A DNA stretch of 57,068 nucleotides from Candidatus Zixiibacteriota bacterium (GTDB lineage: Bacteria; Zixibacteria; MSB-5A5; UBA10806; 4484-95): positions 1-57,068 of the forward strand of contig JAOZPT010000011.1 in assembly GCA_029932605.1 (NCBI GenBank). Direction: 5' to 3'. Position numbers and translations under genes: made by a program. Position 1 is the first letter of the stretch. Every line of letters starts with the position of its first letter. Positions 49,452 through 57,068 of the stretch are shown piece after piece. A model generated the notes under the pieces. That model searched no databases, was not told the DNA's origin, and saw nothing but the letters and a program-made list of their open reading frames with translations.

Positions 49452-50828
49452 ATGCAGAAATTACTTAGCAGGGTTGAATCGACTAACCGCAAGTATGGAT
49501 TGTTTAACAACGGCGATAGGATACTGGTAGCCTTATCAGGTGGTCCCGATTCGGTAGCTCTTTTTCATCTTCTTTATTTTTTAGCTCCAAAATACGATCT
49601 TACACTTGCAGCTGCCCATGTTGACCATAGGTTACGCCGATTTTCCGATAGAGATTGCAAGTTTTGCCGGATGCTGTGTCGTGCTCATGGGATTAAATTT
49701 CATTCCAAGAAAGTGGATGTAGCTGTTTTAGCCAAGCGGATGCATGTGGGGATTGAACAGGCGGGGCGCCAGGCACGTTATAATTATTTTAACAAGCTAT
49801 CTGATAAATATGGCTATACTAAAATCGCCACCGGTCATACCACTGATGATGCTGTTGAGACCTTTCTTTTGAATCTCGCTCGAGGTGCTGATATGGGTGG
49901 ACTCGGGGGGATCCACCATAAAAGAGAGAATGTGATAAGACCGATTCTCGGGATAAGCAAAACGGAGATTCTGAATTTCCTGAAAGAATTTGGTATATCC
50001 TACATGGTTGATGAAAGTAACATTGAGGATACTTACAATCGAAATATAATCAGGAATAAGTTGATACCCGTATTGAAAAAAATCAACCCAGGAGCTTTGA
50101 AGAATATTTCAAAAGCATCAGAGAAAATAAGAGAAGGGTTTGATATAATCGATGATATCGTTGATAAGCTATATCAAAGATATGTTTTAGAAGAATCTAA
50201 TACTAAAATAGTTCTTGACTTACGAAAAATAAAAAAATACAATGAAGGTTTAATAAATTGGATTTTTTTAAGAGCTTATTCCCGCTTGACTGGCGACTAT
50301 AGCCGTCCAGAGTCGGAGAAAATAGAAAGAGCAGTTAATCTTAAAAGGAGGGGTTCATTTATACAGTTTAAGGGTGAAATATTAGTTTCAAATCATGCCG
50401 GCAAGCTGATTTTAGGTAGACCACATGGCAGGTTTAGACGTATAAATATTATAATAGGTGAAACCATCAGGTTAGGAAAGACCGGTTTGATGATTAAGGC
50501 CGAGAAATCAAATGAGGTTAATCTGCTTGAGATTAAGAATAACAAGGATGAGAGTCGTGCTTACTTTGATTTCGATAAAGTTGGTGGATTAGCTGTTCGT
50601 TGTTTGAAGAAGGGTGATAGGTTCAGACCGTTAGGGATGAAAGGCTCAAAAAAAGTGGTAGATTACCTTAACGAGAAAGGGTTACCTCGGATATTCAAAT
50701 CGTCGATACCGATTGTGATTTCCGATGGTGAAATAGTTTGGATAGCTGGTTTTGGCATTGCTGATAACTATAAAGTAACCGGCCAAACTCGAAATGTATT
50801 GAAACTTGAACTTTTATATGGTCCATAA
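49452..50828 (+). CDS. tilS: tRNA(Ile)-lysidine synthetase
   Basis: ALSGGPDS, HVDHRLR, ARY, TGHTTDD.VET, RNIIR, TilS C-terminal GDRF.PLG. Confidence 0.95.
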   Translation: MQKLLSRVESTNRKYGLFNNGDRILVALSGGPDSVALFHLLYFLAPKYDLTLAAAHVDHRLRRFSDRDCKFCRMLCRAHGIKFHSKKVDVAVLAKRMHVGIEQAGRQARYNYFNKLSDKYGYTKIATGHTTDDAVETFLLNLARGADMGGLGGIHHKRENVIRPILGISKTEILNFLKEFGISYMVDESNIEDTYNRNIIRNKLIPVLKKINPGALKNISKASEKIREGFDIIDDIVDKLYQRYVLEESNTKIVLDLRKIKKYNEGLINWIFLRAYSRLTGDYSRPESEKIERAVNLKRRGSFIQFKGEILVSNHAGKLILGRPHGRFRRINIIIGETIRLGKTGLMIKAEKSNEVNLLEIKNNKDESRAYFDFDKVGGLAVRCLKKGDRFRPLGMKGSKKVVDYLNEKGLPRIFKSSIPIVISDGEIVWIAGFGIADNYKVTGQTRNVLKLELLYGP

Positions 50829-50836
50829 GCGGGCGG

Positions 50837-51346
50837 ATGAAGGTATTAATTTCCAAGAGCAAGATTTCATTGAGGGTTAAGGCTTTAGCAAAACAGATAA
50901 GAGCCGATTACAAGGGTGAAGTTCCTGTTTTTATAGGTATCTTGAAAGGCAGTTTTATGTTCATGTCCGATTTGATTAGAAATTATGGTTTGGATTGTGA
51001 ATTGGATTTTATGGCTCTTGCCAGTTATGGTGGTTCGAAAAGGGGTTCGGGCATTATACGTCTGATAAAAGACATAAATATAAACATAAGGAAGCGTCAT
51101 GTGTTGATTGTTGAGGATATAATTGATACTGGGACAACCTCGAATTATATCAGGGAATATCTTATTCTAAGATCACCAAAATCAGTCGAGTTTGTTGTTC
51201 TTTTAGACAAGGCGGATGCTCGTAAGGTCGATGTAGATATTAAATATATCGGCTTTGAGATTCCTAATAAGTATGTCGTTGGTTACGGTCTTGATTGTGC
51301 AGAGAAGTATAGGAACTTACCGTATATTTGCGTATATGAAGATTGA
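50837..51346 (+). CDS. hpt: Hypoxanthine phosphoribosyltransferase
   Basis: GILKGS, VEDIIDTGTT, LLDK, VVGYGLD, RNLPY. Confidence 0.95.
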   Translation: MKVLISKSKISLRVKALAKQIRADYKGEVPVFIGILKGSFMFMSDLIRNYGLDCELDFMALASYGGSKRGSGIIRLIKDININIRKRHVLIVEDIIDTGTTSNYIREYLILRSPKSVEFVVLLDKADARKVDVDIKYIGFEIPNKYVVGYGLDCAEKYRNLPYICVYED

Positions 51347-51358
51347 ATTGAGGCAAGA

Positions 51359-53302
51359 ATGGACATCAATAGATTAAATCGTGATAATCCCGGCAGGAAT
51401 AATCGTCCGCCCCCAAAACCTCCAGAGGGTGGGGGGCCTGAGTTTAAATGGCAGAGGAGTGCTCGAACACTCCTTTTCTGGGCGGTAATCTTTATGGCGG
51501 GTTTATTGTTATATCAGGTTTTAGTTGGAGGAAGGCAAGACCTTATCGAGATTTCTTATACGGAATTTGTCGAGCAGATTAAAAGCGGTAACATAACCCG
51601 TGTTGTTTTCATAGAAAAAGAGGTTAAAGGGGAATTTTTAAACGAATACACAAGTGAAAGCGGCGGCAGGACGGTTACTGGCAAGAAGTTCAAATCGCGT
51701 GTTCCTTTTGATGATCCGAAGATTGTAGAGCTTTTAGAGGAAAACAACGTTTCCATTGAGGCGGAGACATCCCAACACTGGGGTGGACTTTTGATAACAG
51801 CTTTGCCCTGGTTGATTCTTGTTTTCTGGATGATGTTTATGCTCAGGCAGATGCAGGGAGGCGGGCCAAAGGGGCTTTTCTCTTTTGGCAAGTCGCGGGC
51901 AAAGCTCCTTACTGGTCATCGTCCCAAAGTTACGTTCAACGATGTTGCTGGAACTGACGAAGCCAAGCAGGAGCTTCAGGAGATAATAGAGTTTTTAAAG
52001 GACCCGGCAAAGTTCCAGAAACTCGGTGGTAAGATTCCAAAAGGGGCGTTGCTTTTAGGTCCGCCGGGTTCGGGCAAGACGCTTCTTGCCCGTGCGGTTG
52101 CCGGTGAAGCCGGTGTGCCGTTTTTCTCCATGTCCGGTTCTGATTTTGTTGAAATGTTTGTTGGAGTGGGTGCCTCCCGTGTGCGTGACCTATTTGACCA
52201 GGGTAAAAAGAATGCACCCTGTATAATATTCATAGACGAGATTGATGCGGTGGGCAGGCACCGTGGTGCTGGTCTTGGGGGTGGCCATGATGAGCGAGAG
52301 CAGACTTTAAATCAGCTTTTAGTAGAGATGGATGGCTTTGAGTCCAATGAAGGAGTAATCCTTTTAGCTGCAACAAATCGTCCTGATGTTTTAGACCCAG
52401 CGCTTTTAAGGCCTGGTCGGTTCGATAGGCAAATTATGGTGGATCAACCAGATATAAAAGGCCGTGAAGGAATTCTCAAGGTTCATGTGCGTAAGATAAA
52501 TATCGATGATAATATTGACCTGAAAGTATTGGCTCGTGGTACACCCGGATTATCCGGAGCTGACCTTGCTAACCTTGTAAATGAGGCTGCTCTTTTAGCT
52601 GCCAGGAAAAACCATAAGCGGGTTTTCATGGAGGATTTCGAAGAGGCTAAGGATAAGGTGATGATGGGCACTGAACGTCGCTCTATGGTAATAACACCGG
52701 AGGAGAAAAAGACCACGGCTTATCATGAAGCTGGGCATGCCCTGGTTGGAAAGCTTATTCCCGGTTCGGATCCGATTCACAAGGTAACCATTATACCTCG
52801 TGGTATGGCTCTGGGGGTGACTCATTACCTACCTATAGATGAAAGGCATACTCTTTCAAAAAAATATCTTGAGACCAAGCTGGTTCATATGCTGGGAGGT
52901 CGCGTTGCTGAGGACCTTATATTTAACCAGTTGACAACCGGAGCTGGAAATGACCTTGAACAGGCTACCAATTTAGCAAGAAAGATGGTATGCAATTGGG
53001 GAATGTCTGATAAGCTGGGACCTTTGACATTCGGCAAAAAAGAAGAACATGTATTTCTAGGAAGAGAATTAGCCACACATCGCGATTACTCTGAAAAAAC
53101 CGCTATTGAGATAGATTCGGAGATAAAAAATATCGTGATGAAAGCTCAAGAACGGGCAAGGGAACTGCTTTCTAAAAACATTAATAAATTACACAGATTG
53201 GCGCAGGTTTTACTTGAGAAGGAATGTCTTGATGGTGTTCAAATAGATGAAATCTTGAAGGAATTTGATGAAGAAAAAGAGGTTACTGAAGAAAAAGATT
53301 AA
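51359..53302 (+). CDS. ftsH: ATP-dependent zinc metalloprotease FtsH
   Basis: Two TM helices, [25 protein letters not shown]. Confidence 0.98.
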   Translation: MDINRLNRDNPGRNNRPPPKPPEGGGPEFKWQRSARTLLFWAVIFMAGLLLYQVLVGGRQDLIEISYTEFVEQIKSGNITRVVFIEKEVKGEFLNEYTSESGGRTVTGKKFKSRVPFDDPKIVELLEENNVSIEAETSQHWGGLLITALPWLILVFWMMFMLRQMQGGGPKGLFSFGKSRAKLLTGHRPKVTFNDVAGTDEAKQELQEIIEFLKDPAKFQKLGGKIPKGALLLGPPGSGKTLLARAVAGEAGVPFFSMSGSDFVEMFVGVGASRVRDLFDQGKKNAPCIIFIDEIDAVGRHRGAGLGGGHDEREQTLNQLLVEMDGFESNEGVILLAATNRPDVLDPALLRPGRFDRQIMVDQPDIKGREGILKVHVRKINIDDNIDLKVLARGTPGLSGADLANLVNEAALLAARKNHKRVFMEDFEEAKDKVMMGTERRSMVITPEEKKTTAYHEAGHALVGKLIPGSDPIHKVTIIPRGMALGVTHYLPIDERHTLSKKYLETKLVHMLGGRVAEDLIFNQLTTGAGNDLEQATNLARKMVCNWGMSDKLGPLTFGKKEEHVFLGRELATHRDYSEKTAIEIDSEIKNIVMKAQERARELLSKNINKLHRLAQVLLEKECLDGVQIDEILKEFDEEKEVTEEKD

Positions 53303-53855
53303 TAAAGATGTTATCGAAAAAGGTGTCAATATAATACTTGAGGGATTGGGTTTAGATCCTTCTTCCGAGGGTTTGAAAGATACCGCTCGTCGCATGGCTG
53401 ATTTTTACCAGAAGTTTTTTATAGGTTTAAGCCGTAACCCTCGGGAAAAATTGAAACTTTACCATGCCGATAACCGCGATGAGATGATTATTGCCAAGGG
53501 CATTCATTTTTTTTCGATGTGTGAACATCACTTTCTGCCTTTTTTTGGCAATGTTCATATAGTTTATATTCCTCAGAATAACACTATCACCGGTTTCTCA
53601 AATCTTGTCCGGGTGGTGGATATTATTTCCCGCCGGCCGCAGATTCAGGAGAGGATGACCACCGAAATAGCGGAGACCCTGATGGATGTTCTTCATCCCA
53701 AAGGAGTGCTGGTTGTGGTGGAAGCAGAGCAGCTCTGTTTGACTATGAGAGGAGTCGCTCAGCACGGTGTTAAAACTGTCAGCTCTGCAATCAGGGGCGT
53801 TTTGCGGAAGGACGCTACTCGCGAGGAAGCACTTTTATTGATAAAATCTAATTAG
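53268..53855 (+). CDS. folE: GTP cyclohydrolase I
   Basis: [30 protein letters not shown]; start overlaps the ftsH end. Confidence 0.93.
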   Translation: MKKKRLLKKKINKDVIEKGVNIILEGLGLDPSSEGLKDTARRMADFYQKFFIGLSRNPREKLKLYHADNRDEMIIAKGIHFFSMCEHHFLPFFGNVHIVYIPQNNTITGFSNLVRVVDIISRRPQIQERMTTEIAETLMDVLHPKGVLVVVEAEQLCLTMRGVAQHGVKTVSSAIRGVLRKDATREEALLLIKSN

Positions 53856-53860
53856 TAGTG

Positions 53861-54733
53861 ATGAGTTTAAGAAGACCCAATCTAAGTTACAAAGGTAATA
53901 AAGAAAAAAATGAAGTAGTTATTTTGCCTATAGGTGAGCGACCGCTTGTAACAGGTATACTAAATGTTACACCTGATTCGTTCTCTGATGGTGGCAAGTT
54001 TGATAACGTTGATAAGGCAGTGAAGCAAGCTCTGCTGATGACTTCACAGGGAGCTGATATAATCGATATAGGGGGTGAATCGACCAGACCCGGTGCCAGA
54101 CTGGTCAGTGCAGACGTGGAGCTTGAGAGAGTGTTGCCGGTTATCGAGAGTCTGAGGGATAAGACTGATGTTCCGATTTCAATAGATACTATGAAATCCG
54201 AGGTTGCCAGGGAAGCTTGCCGGGCAGGTGCAACAATCATTAACGATGTTTCTGGTTTGCAGAACGATGAGGGTATCGCTGAAGTCGCCAGAGAATACTC
54301 AACTTATCTGGTGCTGATGCATATGCGTAAAACACCCGAAACGATGCAAATCGAAATTCATTATGATGACCTGATTGGTGAAATCTCCGATTTTTTGTAT
54401 GGAGCGGTTAATAAAGCAATAAAGATTGGAGTGTCCAGGGAGAAGATTATTATCGATCCCGGTATTGGTTTCGGTAAAACCGTTGAACATAATTTTAGCA
54501 TTTTAAAAAATATTCCCGCTTTTAAAAGTCTGGGATTTCCTGTAATGATAGGGGTCTCGAGGAAGTCATTTATAGGTAAAACCCTAGATTTACCGGTGGA
54601 TGAGAGGCTTGAGGGCTCACTGGCAGCGGCTTTGTATGCTGTTTTGAATGGAGTTTCTATCATTAGGGTTCATGATGTCCTGCCGACAATCAGGGCCTTA
54701 AAGATCGTAGAAAGAATCGTTAGGGCGGATTAA
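53861..54733 (+). CDS. folP: Dihydropteroate synthase
   Basis: GILNVTPDSFSDGG, GGESTRPG, DPGIGFGK, SRKSF, RVHDV. Confidence 0.96.
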   Translation: MSLRRPNLSYKGNKEKNEVVILPIGERPLVTGILNVTPDSFSDGGKFDNVDKAVKQALLMTSQGADIIDIGGESTRPGARLVSADVELERVLPVIESLRDKTDVPISIDTMKSEVAREACRAGATIINDVSGLQNDEGIAEVAREYSTYLVLMHMRKTPETMQIEIHYDDLIGEISDFLYGAVNKAIKIGVSREKIIIDPGIGFGKTVEHNFSILKNIPAFKSLGFPVMIGVSRKSFIGKTLDLPVDERLEGSLAAALYAVLNGVSIIRVHDVLPTIRALKIVERIVRAD

Positions 54734-55497
54734 TGACATTATTCAATATCGGTTTTTTGAAATTTACTGTTATTGATATGGTGGATGTTCTTCTTGTGGG
54801 ATATTTTTTCTACAGGTTGCTCTTACTGTTAAAGGGAGCTCGTTCATTGCAACTTCTTATCGGCTTAATCTTTTTTTTCGTGATAGGCTTGATCGCATAC
54901 TGGCTTGATTTGTCAATGGTAAAATGGTTCATATCCAATATTGCAGCGGTTGGCATTTTGATCCTTGTTATAATCCTTCAACCAGAGTTAAGGCGGGCAT
55001 TTGCCAGATTGGGACAAAGCCGGATATTGAGGATGCTTTTAAGGCAAGAGTCGAAGAGTGCCATTGATGAGATAATAAGAGCCACAGAGAAGCTTTCAGA
55101 TATGCATTATGGTGCTTTAATAGTTTTGGAGAATAACATCAGACTCAGTAATATAATCGAGACAGGAAAATCTATGAATGCCACCGTGTCTCAGGAGCTT
55201 CTTCAAACCATATTCACCCCCTATACACCGCTTCATGACGGGGCGGTTGTAATCAAAGGTGACCAGATCGTAGCGGCGAGTTGTAGTTTGCCGCTTTCCC
55301 AGAATCCGGCATATCACCGTTTACATGGTATGAGGCATAAAGCGGCAGTTGGCGCAACTGAGGAAACGGATGCATTCGTTGTAATTGTCAGTGAAGAAAC
55401 TGGCCAGGTTTCATATGCAAGTGGGGGTAAGCTCTTTCGAGATTTGCATCTTCAAGAACTGAAATCAAAGCTTGATGAAATTTTTATCAGTCAATAA
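54733..55497 (+). CDS. cdaA: Diadenylate cyclase CdaA
   Basis: Three TM helices, QPELRR, GALIV, LHDGA, GMRHKAA, VSEETG. Confidence 0.9.
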   Translation: MTLFNIGFLKFTVIDMVDVLLVGYFFYRLLLLLKGARSLQLLIGLIFFFVIGLIAYWLDLSMVKWFISNIAAVGILILVIILQPELRRAFARLGQSRILRMLLRQESKSAIDEIIRATEKLSDMHYGALIVLENNIRLSNIIETGKSMNATVSQELLQTIFTPYTPLHDGAVVIKGDQIVAASCSLPLSQNPAYHRLHGMRHKAAVGATEETDAFVVIVSEETGQVSYASGGKLFRDLHLQELKSKLDEIFISQ

Positions 55498-56475
<978 letters not shown>

Positions 56476-56476
56476 T

Positions 56477-57068
56477 TTGGTTGAGGTTGATACAAGATTT
56501 GCTTTGATGCTTTCGATGGTCAATGGGGTTGGTCCAATAAAATATCAGCAGGTCATAAATCATTTTCAGGATTTTGACCAATTTGCTGGAAACGATGATA
56601 CCGGAATATTTGAAAATTGCGGATTGAACGAAAAGCAGGTTTCGTCCATGTTAAATTTTAGCCGTTGGAATGAAATCGATGAGATTTTACAAAAAGCAGC
56701 ACGGTTTGATGTCAAGGTCATCTGCCTTGGCCAGAAAAACTACCCGGAACGATTGCTTAATATATACTCGCCTCCTCTTATTCTTTACCTGAAAGGTGCA
56801 TTGGAACTTTTATCAAAACCATCAGTAGCTATTGTAGGTTCACGAACGCCAACAGAATACGGGCGAGCGATGACAAGGAAAATAGCCGGAGGGTTAGCAT
56901 CACGTGGTTTAGTCATTATTTCAGGTATGGCCTGGGGCATTGATTGTGAGGCTCACAAAGCGGCCATCGATAATGGAGGTATAACAGCTGCTGTTTTTGG
57001 TTGTGGTATCGATATCATTTATCCCCGGGGTCATCGAAACCTCGCCAGTAAAATTCTTGAAAAGGGTT
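56477..57068 (+). CDS. dprA: DNA-processing protein DprA, truncated by the window end
   Basis: Manual translation: GVGP...YPERLLNIYSPPLILYLKG...AIVGSR...ISGMAWGID.EAH...GCGIDIIYP. Confidence 0.9.
   Translation, partial: MVEVDTRFALMLSMVNGVGPIKYQQVINHFQDFDQFAGNDDTGIFENCGLNEKQVSSMLNFSRWNEIDEILQKAARFDVKVICLGQKNYPERLLNIYSPPLILYLKGALELLSKPSVAIVGSRTPTEYGRAMTRKIAGGLASRGLVIISGMAWGIDCEAHKAAIDNGGITAAVFGCGIDIIYPRGHRNLASKILEKG

Noticed and set aside
51344..51361. hpt TGA is in frame with the ftsH ATG (possible read-through fusion)
   Set aside because: Hpt is complete at the stop, ftsH has its own SD-like GAGG, and there is no Cys-motif context

Overview
AT-rich, mostly chromosomal bacterial window read in standard code 11; TGA is a frequent ordinary stop. 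Gene content (T9SS/FlgD-type sorting domain, homodimeric GlyRS, CdaA, Tol/Ton proteins, ORP-type Fe-S cluster) suggests a diderm anaerobe of the FCB superphylum, Zixibacteria-like, which is inference only. Bases 0.4-14.5 kb hold an OrpR-like sigma54 activator with an 'orange protein'-type metal/Fe-S cluster and a long co-directional tail of uncharacterised metal/sulfur genes. Housekeeping runs follow (ecfT-truA-fsa-purB-psd-pssA-purSQ-tatA, iscSU-nadA, tldD-pmbA-trmO, eno-ftsB-recO-glyQS, tolQRA-like, tilS-hpt-ftsH-folE-folP-cdaA-obgE-dprA), plus a dinB-dnaE2 cassette and a RAYT transposase with palindromic flanks. Top findings: (1) a secreted DUF1573 protein with an in-frame TGA at the first Cys of the C-G-C-T motif followed by a SECIS-like hairpin, a probable periplasmic selenoprotein; (2) an IscS lacking the PLP-binding lysine, next to an intact IscU; (3) a RAYT with a non-GTAG REP type showing compensatory base pairs; (4) candidate OrpR enhancer sites and LexA-like boxes; (5) a repeated leaderless-promoter geometry. 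No rRNA, tRNA or CRISPR array was recognised. All calls come from motif recognition by eye; no database searches were run.
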